A stretch of DNA of 64,000 bases from Dehalococcoidia bacterium (GTDB lineage: Bacteria > Chloroflexota > Dehalococcoidia > UBA2979), in assembly GCA_965262725.1 (NCBI GenBank), contig OZ253555.1, positions 1,120,001 through 1,184,000 of the forward strand, in the 5' to 3' direction. A program made the translations under genes and the position numbers. Position 1 is the stretch's first letter. Each line of letters begins with the position of its first letter. The notes beneath the pieces were generated by a model. The model made no database searches, was not told the origin of the DNA, and worked only from the letters and a program-made list of their open reading frames with translations. Positions 50,706 to 60,707 of the stretch are shown one piece after another.

Positions 50706-51937
50706 CGACCGAACCGCGGGAGAGCGGCTGACACGGCCGCGAGCTGACGATCGGGCTCCCGGTGCGTGCGCCCCTCGAGCGCGTCGCCCGCGTAGAGGAG
50801 CCCGGAAAACGCGTGCTGCTGGTCGTCCATGCGTGTCTCGCCGTCGTAGAACCACGCCCCCTCCGTGAGCGCCGGGCGGGCGGCGGCGGCCGCCTCCCCT
50901 GCACCCGCCTGCCGGCGCGCGAGGATCGCTGCACCGCAGGCCAGCCGCTCCTTGATCGCCGGCTGCATGTCGGCCAGTCGCGGGTCGGCCGCAGCGAGCC
51001 GCCAGATCGCGGCCAGCCCCTCCACCAGCACGCCGAGGGAGCCGCCGGAGAGTCGGGCCGGCTTGCCGAGCACGGGTCTGAGCCCGCCCTCTTGCGCCTC
51101 CGTCCGGATCAACAGCCCGAAGCGTCCGCCAAGCGCACGCACGAAGGCCTCGTCGGCCGGTGGGGCCCACTCTGCCATCTCGGCGAGGCCGTAGGCCAGC
51201 CAGTGGTCGGGAAGTGGCGGGAAGGGGATCGCTTCGTCCTCGTCGCGCTGTTCGACGAGGTAGCGCGCCGCATCCAATGCACGCCGATCCCACCCCTCGC
51301 CCGGGAACGCCTCGTGTAGCAGGGTCAGAGCCCACAGCGCCTCGCCGGGATAGAACCTCGATGTGGCGGTTGTGTCGACCGAGTCGCCATCGAAGAGCCA
51401 GATCGCATGGAAGCCTCCATCGGGCCGCTGCATCGCGGCGATGAAGGCGCCCAGCTCACGCATCAGCGCGTCGTAGCGGTCCTCGCCGGTCGCTGCACGA
51501 CGCTCGGCCAGTGCCACCACGGCGAGACTGGTCGAACCGAGCTTGGCACGTCGCCCGTCCGGCGTCGGCAGCGCGGCCCAGCCGTTGCGATGCTTGAGGC
51601 GATCCTCAATCCACGTGACGCCCGCGTCGGCCGCGACCAGGGCGGCGGTGTGATCCAGTCGTCCGGCAGCCTGGTAGAGCGCCATCGTCACTCCGGCGTG
51701 GCGCACCTCGTTGTAGCCGGAGGAGACGAGGTCCGACTCGCGGTCGTAGCCGTAGACGTACTTCCCCCCGGGTTGCGCGGCCCGCGTCATCCATTCCGCT
51801 GCGGAGGTGGCCGCCTGCCGGATGCGCGGCAGGGCGGCGTTGCCGCACGTCTCGGCAGGCGCGATCAAGACGCGTGTCGCGACGAGCACGATGGCCCAGA
51901 AGCAGGCGACGACGATTGTCGAGCGCAGGGCGATCAT
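50702..51937 (-). CDS. Uncharacterised exported alpha/alpha-barrel-like protein
   Basis: N-terminal hydrophobic anchor; motifs YNEVRHAG, KLG, QRPDGGF, FYPGEA, DHW, RMDDQQH. Confidence 0.7.
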   Translation of the reverse strand: MIALRSTIVVACFWAIVLVATRVLIAPAETCGNAALPRIRQAATSAAEWMTRAAQPGGKYVYGYDRESDLVSSGYNEVRHAGVTMALYQAAGRLDHTAALVAADAGVTWIEDRLKHRNGWAALPTPDGRRAKLGSTSLAVVALAERRAATGEDRYDALMRELGAFIAAMQRPDGGFHAIWLFDGDSVDTTATSRFYPGEALWALTLLHEAFPGEGWDRRALDAARYLVEQRDEDEAIPFPPLPDHWLAYGLAEMAEWAPPADEAFVRALGGRFGLLIRTEAQEGGLRPVLGKPARLSGGSLGVLVEGLAAIWRLAAADPRLADMQPAIKERLACGAAILARRQAGAGEAAAAARPALTEGAWFYDGETRMDDQQHAFSGLLYAGDALEGRTHREPDRQLAAVSAALPRFGR

Positions 51938-51999
51938 CTCGTGCACAGTGCCGACGCACGCCCGAGCGCGCAACGAGCGCCCTCCCGCGGGGCTGGGCA

Positions 52000-52723
52000 C
52001 TACCGCACGGGGTGCACGTACCAGCCCCTCCAGAACGCTTTCCGGCGTCGGAGCAACGCGATGAGGGAGGGATTGGTCCAGATCAGGATCTTCCACACCG
52101 GCCAGTCGTCGAAGCGGCGGCAGGACGGCCAAACGCGCGGATCCCGCATGAGCCGGCTCGATCGGCCCGTGTCCCGCGCGAGTCGCCTGAGGCTTGAGAA
52201 GAAGTTGACGTCCTCGCCCATCCAGACGCTCTCGTCGTAGCCCCCGATGTGTTCGAAGGCGTGTCTGCGGCAGAACTGTGTGGCGCCCTGCGCCATCCCC
52301 GTGAGGCGGGACAGCAGCCGCCACGCGCGGAGGTAGAGTCCGATCGCGAAGTGGCGGGGCCGGTACTCGATGTCGACGGCGCCCCCGACGGACGCCGGAT
52401 CCTGCATCGCCGCGTGGATCGCGCCGAGGAGCGTGCGCGGCACGGTCACGTCGGCATCGACGAACACGAGCACGTCTCCCGCCGCCCGTCGGGCCCCGGT
52501 GTTGCGCGCGCGCAATGCCCTGGACCGGCTCGCGCACGACCGTCGCGCCCCTGCTCCGGGCGACCGCAGCGGTCTCGTCGGAGCTGTTGTTGCCGACGAC
52601 GATGGTCTCGACCTCGACTCCGGAGGACGCATGTAGATGTGCCGCGGACGCCGCGATCGAATCCAGCGTAGACGCGAGGTACGCTTGCTCGTTGAAGGCG
52701 GGAACGATGACGGAGAGCCTCAC
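52000..52723 (-). pseudogene. Family 2 glycosyltransferase, frameshifted
   Basis: LSVIVPAFNE...SSDET in one frame; ARNTG...FVDAD...GGYDE...GED in another; shift in a (GC)n run near 52504-52513. Confidence 0.82.
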
Positions 52724-52746
52724 GGACCGCAGACCTTGGCTGAGAT

Positions 52747-52821
52747 TGGTACCCCCGGGAGGACTCGAACCTCCGCACGCGGTTTAGGAAACCGCTGCTC
52801 TATCCCCTGAGCTACGGGGGC
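52747..52821 (-). tRNA. tRNA-Arg(CCT)
   Basis: GCCCCCGTAGCTCAG...GCGGT-TTCCTAA-ACCGC...GTTCGAGTC...ACCA cloverleaf with encoded CCA. Confidence 0.96.
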
Positions 52822-52968
52822 ACTTGCCAGCTTCAAGGTTCGCACGGCGGAGACGTGAGCGGGGTGCCTCGATACGTTCCGGCTCAGGCCACCGCAGGGC
52901 GGCCCACCCGCCCAAGCCCCGGACTCCCGTCCGCGATGGGCGTCTTCACACGCGCCCCGTCCCGGCGC

Positions 52969-54903
52969 TTACGGGGGCGAGCCCAGCGCCTCCAGATCGG
53001 CCGATGCACGTTCCCACTCCACCATGAGCGCGTCGAGTTGGCCCCGGAGCGTGCGCTGGCGGCGGGTGTCGTCGTCGACCTGATCGCGGGGCGTGCTCGC
53101 GTAGTAGTCACGGGAGATGAATCGGGTCTCCAGTTCGCGGATCTTCCGTTCGAGGTCGGCGACCGCGAGCTCGTGTCCCTCCACGGCGCGCGTCAGCCGC
53201 GACACTGCGGACGCGCGCTCGCGCTCTCTCGTGCGCGTGGGCGCCTCTGTCGCTCTCGCGCGGCGCGCCGTGCTCCGGCGTGGCAGGGAGCCCTCTCCTG
53301 CGAGGTAGTCGGCACCTAGGCGCTCGAGATACTCCTCGTAGGTGCCAGCGAAATCCTCCACGATCCCGCCCGGCGCGATCGCCAGCACGCGCGTGCCGAC
53401 ACTCGAGACGAAGTGCCGATCGTGGCTCACGAAGAGGACAGTCCCGTCGTACGCGCGCAGCGCCCGCATCAGGGCGTCCCGCGCTTCGAGGTCGAGGTGG
53501 TTGGTGGGCTCATCGACGATCATCAGGTTCGGGCGGCGCACCATCAATCCGGCGAGCAGCAGCCTGGCCGCCTCCCCGCCGCTGAGGTGCGAGCAGCGCT
53601 TCTCCGCCTCGTCGCCGCCGAGCAGCACCGCGCCCAGTGCACCGCGCACGGTCGCGACGTCCGGCGCCGACTCCGGGTCCGCGCCGGAGAGCCACGCGAG
53701 CACGCTCTGCTCTCCGCCGAGCAGCTCGCGGTGGTTCTGCGCGAAGTACCCGGCACTCACCGCGTGCCCGAACTCAACGCTCCCGGCGTCGGGCGCGAGC
53801 ACGCCCGCCACCGTCTTGAGCAGCGTCGACTTGCCCACGCCGTTCGGTCCCACTACCGCCACGCGTTCGCCGCGTCTCACGGAAAGGCTCACGCCGCGGA
53901 ACACGGGGGCCCCGCCGTATCCGCGAGCAAGCTCGCGGACGCGCAGCACGTCGCGCCCCGGGCGGCGCTTCGAGTGGAAGCGGAAGCTCGGCGCGCGGCG
54001 CGACGACCGCGTCACCTCCGGCAGCACGATGCGCTCGATCTGCTTCTTACGCGCCGAGGCCTGGCGCGCCTTTGTGGCCTTGGCGCGGAAGCGCTCGACG
54101 AAGCGCTGCAACTCCTGCACGCGCGCCTCGGTGCGGGCGATCTCCGCCTCCTTCTGTCGCACGGCCAGTGCCTTCCCGTCCTCGAAGGCGTCGTAGCGGC
54201 CGGGGTAGAGCCGCAGCTCTCCGTAGTCCAAATCGGCGATGGTGTCGGCGATCGCGTTGAGGAAATGCCGATCGTGGGAGACGACGACGAAAGTCCCGCG
54301 GAAGGCGCGGAGATAGCCTTCGAGCCATGCGATCGAGGGTATGTCGAGGTGGTTTGTCGGCTCATCGAGTAGCAGCAGTTCGGGATCGGCGAAGAGCGTC
54401 TGCGCCAGCAACACGCGCAGCCGGAGGCCGCTCGATAGCTCGCGCATCGGCCGAGCGTGACGCCGGTGCTCGATGCCGAGTCCCGCGAGCAGCCCTGCCG
54501 CGTGGGACTCCAATGCGTAGCCGTCGAGGTCGCCGATCGTGACCTCGAGCTCGGCGAGCCGTTCGCCCGTCTCCGCGGTCTCGTTCTGCTCCGCGAGCAG
54601 GCGCTCACGTTCGGCGAGCGCGGACCCGAGCGCCGGCCTCCCCATCAGCACGACGTCCAGTGCCCGGGCATCGTCGTAGTCGAAATGATCCTGGATGAGC
54701 GTGCCGATGCGCAGGGCCCCTGGCCGCGATACCTGGCCCTCCTCCGGCGTCAGCTCGCCCGCGAGCACCCGGAGGAGCGTTGACTTGCCGGAGCCGTTGG
54801 CGCCGACCAGTCCGTAATGGCCGCCCGTGCGCAGCTGCCAGCTCACGCCCGTGTAGAGCAGCTGAGCGCCGAAGCGCACGGTGACGTCGGAGAGGCCGAT
54901 CAT
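52969..54903 (-). CDS. ABC-F family ATPase
   Basis: Two NBDs (GANGSGKST, LSSG, DEPTNHLD; GPNGVGKST, LSGGE), no TM segments, C-terminal coiled coil. Confidence 0.93.
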   Translation of the reverse strand: MIGLSDVTVRFGAQLLYTGVSWQLRTGGHYGLVGANGSGKSTLLRVLAGELTPEEGQVSRPGALRIGTLIQDHFDYDDARALDVVLMGRPALGSALAERERLLAEQNETAETGERLAELEVTIGDLDGYALESHAAGLLAGLGIEHRRHARPMRELSSGLRLRVLLAQTLFADPELLLLDEPTNHLDIPSIAWLEGYLRAFRGTFVVVSHDRHFLNAIADTIADLDYGELRLYPGRYDAFEDGKALAVRQKEAEIARTEARVQELQRFVERFRAKATKARQASARKKQIERIVLPEVTRSSRRAPSFRFHSKRRPGRDVLRVRELARGYGGAPVFRGVSLSVRRGERVAVVGPNGVGKSTLLKTVAGVLAPDAGSVEFGHAVSAGYFAQNHRELLGGEQSVLAWLSGADPESAPDVATVRGALGAVLLGGDEAEKRCSHLSGGEAARLLLAGLMVRRPNLMIVDEPTNHLDLEARDALMRALRAYDGTVLFVSHDRHFVSSVGTRVLAIAPGGIVEDFAGTYEEYLERLGADYLAGEGSLPRRSTARRARATEAPTRTRERERASAVSRLTRAVEGHELAVADLERKIRELETRFISRDYYASTPRDQVDDDTRRQRTLRGQLDALMVEWERASADLEALGSPP

Positions 54904-55206
54904 GGGTGAAGCGCTCTCGGCTGCCCGCGGGAATCTCCGCCGGGGGTGCCGCTCACCTTAGCCCGGCCGGAGCCCGTGATCGATCTAGGACCGATGGTGG
55001 GAATGCTCTCTGCCCGCGGTCGAGGCGCGGGTGCCAAGGGGCATCTCCCGCGCCTCGCGCCGGTGATCGGCGGGACGGCATCACGAACTCGGAGCGCCAG
55101 CTACCGCTGCGAGGAGCATTGCGCCCCCTGCGGGAATGGCTTAGCCGCCCTCAGCCCTCACGAGAGGCGAGGACTGTCTTCCCCGTGAGAGTCCCGTGCG
55201 CGGGCT

Positions 55207-55407
55207 CTACCAGAGCCGGCCCTCGGCGAGCCACACCTTCACGGTAGCCGCCTTCTCCTGCGCCTGCTCCAGCCTCGGGTACTTCCAGACTGTGCGCGGC
55301 TCGCCGTCCCAGCCGAGGATGCACGCTTCGTGCCAGGCGCCACGCGTCCGCACGACGACCTCCTCGACGCGTCCGTCGATCTTCTCGCGACTGACTTCGA
55401 CCACCAT
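55207..55407 (-). CDS. Small hypothetical protein
   Basis: GAGAGGG RBS; directly downstream of the ACAD pair. Confidence 0.55.
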   Translation of the reverse strand: MVVEVSREKIDGRVEEVVVRTRGAWHEACILGWDGEPRTVWKYPRLEQAQEKAATVKVWLAEGRLW

Positions 55408-55456
55408 CGATAGGGTGCCCTCTCTCGCTCGCTCGTCTCGCTCGTGTGCGCGCGGC

Positions 55457-56638
55457 CTAGCGCGGCAGGCCGAGCACGCGCAGCGCGACCGTGTTGAGAA
55501 TGTTCTCCGGCGTCCCGCCGTTGTGCGCTCCGGCGATCGCTCCCATGTAGCGGCGCTCCCAGCGCGCCAGCATCGGCGCGTGCTCGGGCGAGTACTTCCC
55601 GACCTGCCCCGCCATCCCCATCACCTCGTTCGCGAACTTGACGTGCTTTTGGCCGTAGACCTTGGTCCACACGCCGCGCACCGATGTCTCCTTGTCCGGA
55701 GCCGGGCCGCCGCTCTCGAGCATCGACGCGACGCGGTAGGCCAGGAGCCGCGAGATGCGCACGTAGGTGGCGAAGTCGGCGATTCCGTCGGCGATCCAGG
55801 AGTCCTCGATGAGCGGCGTGCCGTTCTCGGTTGTCTCCATGGCGTAGCGGACGAGGTCGTCGAGGTCGCCCTGGCTCTCAGTCCATGCGCCGAGACCAGA
55901 GGAGCGCATCGTGTTGAGCGTCATCGCGAGGTGGTAGAAGCCGCGATTCTCCTCGCCGATCAGCGCGTCGCCCGGGACGCGAACGTCCTCGAAGAAGACT
56001 TGGTTGACGCGGTAGCCGTCCATCGTCCACAGCGGGACGAGGATGATTCCAGGGGTTCTCGGGTCCACCACGATGATGGAGACACCGCGGTGCTTCGGGG
56101 CCTCGACGTCAGTGCGCGTGATCAGGAAGTAGTGGTCGGCGTCCTGTACGTGCTCGGTGAACATCTTGGAGCCGTTGAGCACCCAGTCGTCGCCGTCGCG
56201 GACGGCACGCAACTCGACGGAGGCGAGGTCCGTACCGGCGTTCGGCTCCGTGAGACCGATGCCCCACGTGCTCTCGCCACGGGTGATCGGCGGGAGCAGC
56301 TTCTGCTTCTGCTCGTCAGTGGCGAAGTGGACGACCGCGGGGCCGGCGAAGTTCGCCGAGACCTGATGCGCGGCGATCGGACAGTGGTGCGCGGCCATCT
56401 CCTCGTCGAAGACGACGCGCTCCCAGACCGAGGCGTCTTTGCCGCCGACCTCCTTGGGCCAGGTGAGCGTCAGCCAGCCGCGCTCGCCGAGCTTCTTGGT
56501 GATCGCCTTGTTGAAGCCGTGCGGATAGTCCGTGCAGTGTTCGTACTCGTCCCGGATCTCCGGAGTGAGCTCGCGCTCCATGAACTCCCGGACTTCCTTG
56601 CGGAATTCCTCGACCTCTGGCGGGAAGGTGAAGTCCAT
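55457..56638 (-). CDS. Acyl-CoA dehydrogenase family protein
   Basis: WPKEVGG, GLTEPNAGTDLAS, LNGSKMFT, PKHRGVS, GEENRGF, GGTPE. Confidence 0.9.
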   Translation of the reverse strand: MDFTFPPEVEEFRKEVREFMERELTPEIRDEYEHCTDYPHGFNKAITKKLGERGWLTLTWPKEVGGKDASVWERVVFDEEMAAHHCPIAAHQVSANFAGPAVVHFATDEQKQKLLPPITRGESTWGIGLTEPNAGTDLASVELRAVRDGDDWVLNGSKMFTEHVQDADHYFLITRTDVEAPKHRGVSIIVVDPRTPGIILVPLWTMDGYRVNQVFFEDVRVPGDALIGEENRGFYHLAMTLNTMRSSGLGAWTESQGDLDDLVRYAMETTENGTPLIEDSWIADGIADFATYVRISRLLAYRVASMLESGGPAPDKETSVRGVWTKVYGQKHVKFANEVMGMAGQVGKYSPEHAPMLARWERRYMGAIAGAHNGGTPENILNTVALRVLGLPR

Positions 56639-56702
56639 CGTGCCGTCCTTTCGTGGTCTCCTCGGCGGCCGCCGTGCGGGCGGATGCGTTCGCTAGGTCC
56701 CG

Positions 56703-57854
56703 CTAGTGGCTGGCCGGCACCGAGCGTTCGGCGAGCAGCCGCGTGACGCGCTTGCGGTGCCAGCGCGGATCGCCCATGAGCACCTCGGCTCCTTTTGCCC
56801 GGCGGAAGTGGAGCTGGATTTCCGCCTCCCTCATGAAGCCGGCTCCACCGAAGATGTGCGTCCCTTCGATCGAGCACGTGGAGTATGCCCCGCTGGCGGC
56901 GGCCTTTGCCATCGGCACCTCGAGGCTCGCATCCAGCCCCGCTGCGAGGCGCCACGCCGCTTCGTACACGAGCAGCTGCGCGCCGGTCACCTCGGTCACC
57001 ATGCGAGCCATCTTGTGCTGCAACGCCTGGAAGGATCCGATCGGGCGCCCGAATTGGACGCGCTCCTTCGAGTAGTCGACGGCGAGCTCCAGCGAGCGCT
57101 CGGCACCGCCGATCGACTCGGCGGCGACGACGACCGCCGCGCGATCCAGCACCTCCTGGATCGTCGGCCACCCCCCGCCGACCGCTCCGAGCACTTGGTC
57201 GGCGTTCACCGAGACGTCGTTGAGCACGACCTCGAACTGGTGGTCCTGGAAGATCGTGTCGAGGATGGTCAGCGTGACGCCGGCGGCGCCGGTGTCGACG
57301 AGGAAGAGCGTGACCCCCTCGGGTCCGGTACCCGCCTCTGTGCGAGCCGCCACGATCAGCGTGTTGGCCGAGTCGGCATACGGGACGTAGAGCTTGGTGC
57401 CGTTCAGCTTCCATCCGGTGCCATCCGGCGTGGCCGCGGTCTGCACACCCCACGGCTCGTAGGTGCCGGAGGACTCGTTGAGCGCGAGCGTGACGATCGA
57501 CGTGCCACTCGCGATGCTCGGCAGCAGGCGTTGCTTTTGATCGTCGCTACCCGCCGCCATCACGGTGAGCGCGCCGACCACGCTGCTCGCGAAGAGCGGG
57601 CTCGGGAGCAGCACGCGCCCGATCTCTTCGGCGAGCACGGCCATGTCGGTCATGTCGCCGCCGAAGCCGCCGTACTCTTCGGGGATGAGCATCCCCGCCC
57701 ACCCGAAGTCGGAGACCTGCGCCCAGATGGCCGGGTCGAACCCCGCCGCGTCCTCCTCCATCGCCCGCACGTGCTCAGTTGGGCAGGCATCCTCCAGGAA
57801 CTGACGTGCGTTGGTCTTGATGATTTGCTGGGCTTCGTTGGGTCCGAGATCCAT
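56703..57854 (-). CDS. Acyl-CoA dehydrogenase family protein (short partner subunit)
   Basis: IPEEYGG, LNGTK, RVQFGRPIGSFQALQHK, FGGAGF. Confidence 0.9.
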   Translation of the reverse strand: MDLGPNEAQQIIKTNARQFLEDACPTEHVRAMEEDAAGFDPAIWAQVSDFGWAGMLIPEEYGGFGGDMTDMAVLAEEIGRVLLPSPLFASSVVGALTVMAAGSDDQKQRLLPSIASGTSIVTLALNESSGTYEPWGVQTAATPDGTGWKLNGTKLYVPYADSANTLIVAARTEAGTGPEGVTLFLVDTGAAGVTLTILDTIFQDHQFEVVLNDVSVNADQVLGAVGGGWPTIQEVLDRAAVVVAAESIGGAERSLELAVDYSKERVQFGRPIGSFQALQHKMARMVTEVTGAQLLVYEAAWRLAAGLDASLEVPMAKAAASGAYSTCSIEGTHIFGGAGFMREAEIQLHFRRAKGAEVLMGDPRWHRKRVTRLLAERSVPASH

Positions 57855-58046
57855 ACGCTGCTCTCCTTCGGCCTCGCAGGCGATCTGACGGGCCGGCATC
57901 ACGCGGCGGCGCGATGTTTGCCCTCGGCTGGGGGAGGGACGCTCGACTGAAGGAACGCAGCCCCGCCCTGCCCCCTAGCGGCGCATCATGTTCCGTGTCG
58001 GCTCGTGAAGGCAACCGGGAACGGACATGCCGACCGGAGAGCGGGG

Positions 58047-59060
58047 TCATTGTGTGCGCCGCCGCGACGCGGCGGCGCTGCGGACAGCGCGCCGGAGCGC
58101 CGGTTGTGCCAGCTCCAGTGCCGGAAGCCGGGCATCGACGGACTGGCGGACGGTGGGCGGCACGCCTGCGCTCGCTGCGCGCCCGTCGGCGAGAGCGAGC
58201 GCGAGGGGGATCACGGTGTTCCAGATCTCGCTTGCGATCATGAGCGACGCCAGCAGATTGATCTCGGCCGTGTCGAGCGGGGGCTCGGCGTGCGCGGCGT
58301 ATCCCCCCAGCCAGCGCTGGATTCTCTCGCCATCGGTGCCGCACTCGATGACGAGGCTGCGCGCGATGTCGGCGGCGCGGGCGTCGCGGTGCGCGAAGTC
58401 GAAATCGAGGATTCCTGTCACCTCGTCGTTCTTGAAGAGGACGTTGGCGCCCAGGCACTCGTAGTGCACCACGGCGTCGGGGAGCGCGTTGTACCCGAGG
58501 AAGTCGAGGGCCGCGACGTTTCGCTCGCGGATGCCTTTGAGCGAATCGGCGCGCGCCGCATCGTCCCGGGCGAAGCGGTCGATGAGCTCGTCGACCGTCG
58601 TCCGACCGCGCGTCGTCAGGTAGAGGTCGAGGTCGGTGACGCGGCCGAACGTGGGGCGTTGCTCGGCCGCGCCCGGCCACGCGGCGAGATCGGCGTGCAG
58701 GAGCGCGAGCAGTGCCCCCATACGCTGCAGCGCCCGGGGCGAGTCGGCAAGGGGCGAGCCGGGAAGGAACGGGAACAGCGACCAGCGCCCGTCGTCTGTC
58801 TCCGCGAGGGTCTCGCCGGGGGGCGTCGCGAGTGGGGCGGCGACGGGCCAGCCGTTGCCATCGAGGTAGCGCAGCAGGGCATGCTCGTACGGTGTCGCCT
58901 CGGCCGCATGCGCCGGGTGGTAGCGGCGTAGCACGAGCGAACCCGCGGACGCCTCGACCCGCCAGTGCTCGTTGACGGCGCCGCCGGAGAGGGGCGCGAT
59001 CGCGCGCGGCTCGATGCCCCAGGCGTCGAGTGCCGCGAGCGTTGCCTGCTCCATATGCAT
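58047..59060 (-). CDS. APH/homoserine kinase II-like phosphotransferase
   Basis: GGAVN, LVLR, LALLH, HYECLGANVLF, GILDFD. Confidence 0.82.
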   Translation of the reverse strand: MHMEQATLAALDAWGIEPRAIAPLSGGAVNEHWRVEASAGSLVLRRYHPAHAAEATPYEHALLRYLDGNGWPVAAPLATPPGETLAETDDGRWSLFPFLPGSPLADSPRALQRMGALLALLHADLAAWPGAAEQRPTFGRVTDLDLYLTTRGRTTVDELIDRFARDDAARADSLKGIRERNVAALDFLGYNALPDAVVHYECLGANVLFKNDEVTGILDFDFAHRDARAADIARSLVIECGTDGERIQRWLGGYAAHAEPPLDTAEINLLASLMIASEIWNTVIPLALALADGRAASAGVPPTVRQSVDARLPALELAQPALRRAVRSAAASRRRTQ

Positions 59061-59170
59061 CTCCAGGCGCCTCGGCCGGGGGGACGGCCCATGGTAGACG
59101 GGTCCCCGGCCGGGGCGCCGACCGCCGCGCGTGGCCGTGCGCTAAGCTAAGCGCTCTGTGCGGGTGCGTG

Positions 59171-60436
59171 ATGGTGACGGACGGAGCGGGCCAATTGGAC
59201 TGGGCTGACACGGCGGACCAGGCGTCTTTCCGAGACGCGGTGCGGCGCTTCGTGCGGGAGCGGGCACCCGCCCGCTACCGCGACCAGGCGGACGAGGAGT
59301 GGGCGCCCTCGCCGCGATATGAGAGCTGGCAGTTCGATCTGGTGTGTGGCGACGCCGAGGCCAGCGGGGCCGCGCGCGAGTGGGCGGAGGCGCTCGCCGA
59401 GCGCGGCTGGGGCGCGCCGCACTGGCCGCCCGAGTACGGCGGCGCGGGGCTCACGCCTGTCGAACAGTTCATCCTCAACCAGGAGCTCGCGCTCGCCGGG
59501 CTCCCCGTGGTCGGGGGCCCCGGCGTACAGATGCTCGGTCCGACGATCATGGTGCACGGCACGGAGGAGCAGAAGCGGCGTTTCCTCCCGCCGACGCTCG
59601 CCGGCGAGATGGCTTGGGCGCAGGGCTACTCGGAGCCCGGAGCGGGATCGGACCTCGCATCGCTCTCGACGCGCGCCGTCCGCGACGCCGACGACTACGT
59701 GATCACGGGACAGAAGATCTGGACCTCCATGGGGCACATGGCGAACTGGCTCTTCATGCTCGTTCGCACCGACACCGAGGCGCCGAAGCACCGCGGGATC
59801 TCCTTCGTGCTGCTGCCGCTCGATTCGCCCGGCGTCGATATCCGGCCCCTGATCTCTGCGGGCTGGGAGCACCGCACCAACGAGTCGTTCTACGACGCGG
59901 TGCGCGTCCCCGTGTCACACCGGATCGGCGAGGAGAACCGTGGCTGGTACGTGGCGATGACGCTCCTCGACCACGAGCGCTCCAACGTCGGGGGAGCGGT
60001 GGCGCAGCGCAAGAACGTGGAGCAACTCGTCCGCTACGTCGGGAGCGACGAGGGGCGCCTCCGATCGCGCGTGGCGGAATTCGACTCGGTGCGTCAGAAG
60101 ATCGTGCAGCACTACGTGGAGACCGAGGTGATGGCGCAGTTCTCCTTCCGCATCATCTCGCTCCAGATCGCCGGGCAGATCCCCAACTACGAGGCGTCGA
60201 TGGCATCGGCGTTCGGCTCGACTTTCTCACAGGAGTTCCAGCAGACGGGCATCAAGGCCTTCGGTCTCTACGGGACGATCTGGTCGAATCCTGACGGGGC
60301 ACCGGCGTACGCTCCGCTGGATGGCCGCTTCACGCAGAACTCGGTCGACATGATCTCGGCTTCGATCGCCGGCGGCACGCGAGAGATCCAGCGCAACATC
60401 GTGGCCACGAGGGGGCTCGGCCTCCCGCGCGGCTAG
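59171..60436 (+). CDS. Acyl-CoA dehydrogenase
   Basis: WPPEYGG, QGYSEPGAGSDLASL, GQKIWTS, PKHRGIS, LDHER, IAGGTREIQRNIVA..LGLPR. Confidence 0.93.
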   Translation: MVTDGAGQLDWADTADQASFRDAVRRFVRERAPARYRDQADEEWAPSPRYESWQFDLVCGDAEASGAAREWAEALAERGWGAPHWPPEYGGAGLTPVEQFILNQELALAGLPVVGGPGVQMLGPTIMVHGTEEQKRRFLPPTLAGEMAWAQGYSEPGAGSDLASLSTRAVRDADDYVITGQKIWTSMGHMANWLFMLVRTDTEAPKHRGISFVLLPLDSPGVDIRPLISAGWEHRTNESFYDAVRVPVSHRIGEENRGWYVAMTLLDHERSNVGGAVAQRKNVEQLVRYVGSDEGRLRSRVAEFDSVRQKIVQHYVETEVMAQFSFRIISLQIAGQIPNYEASMASAFGSTFSQEFQQTGIKAFGLYGTIWSNPDGAPAYAPLDGRFTQNSVDMISASIAGGTREIQRNIVATRGLGLPRG

Positions 60437-60479
60437 ATCCCGCTCCGAGTGCCGGCCACACCGGCCGCGGGCCATCCGG

Positions 60480-60555
60480 TGGTGGAGACGGGGGGATTCG
60501 AACCCCCGGCCTCCGCATTGCGAACGCGGCGCTCTACCAGCTGAGCTACGTCCCC
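60480..60555 (-). tRNA. tRNA-Ala(CGC)
   Basis: GGGGACGTAGCTCAGCTGG...CCGCG-TTCGCAA-TGCGG...GTTCGAATC...CTCCACCA; G3:U70 pair. Confidence 0.96.
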
Positions 60556-60707
60556 ACCGGGGTGCCGTGCGATGCGGATGCCGAGTATAGGGATCGCCGT
60601 CCGCGAGCGGCAATCAGGGCCCCGTCGGCGGGGAGGCCCCCGCCGGCCTTGACCCTGAGCGCGTGCACGTCGGGTTCTCGGCGATCGGGTGGCTCGGCCC
60701 CGCCACG

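Noticed and set aside
50702-52723. Genuine 673-aa GT2 fusion protein
   Set aside because: The middle of the ORF is low-complexity shadow frame; the real GT2 C-terminus is in another frame
52747-60555. Prophage or island bounded by the tRNAs
   Set aside because: No integrase, no duplicated tRNA 3' end seen, and the cargo is ordinary metabolic genes
60556-60707. trmD missing after rimM
   Set aside because: Breaks in this operon are common; the gene may lie elsewhere
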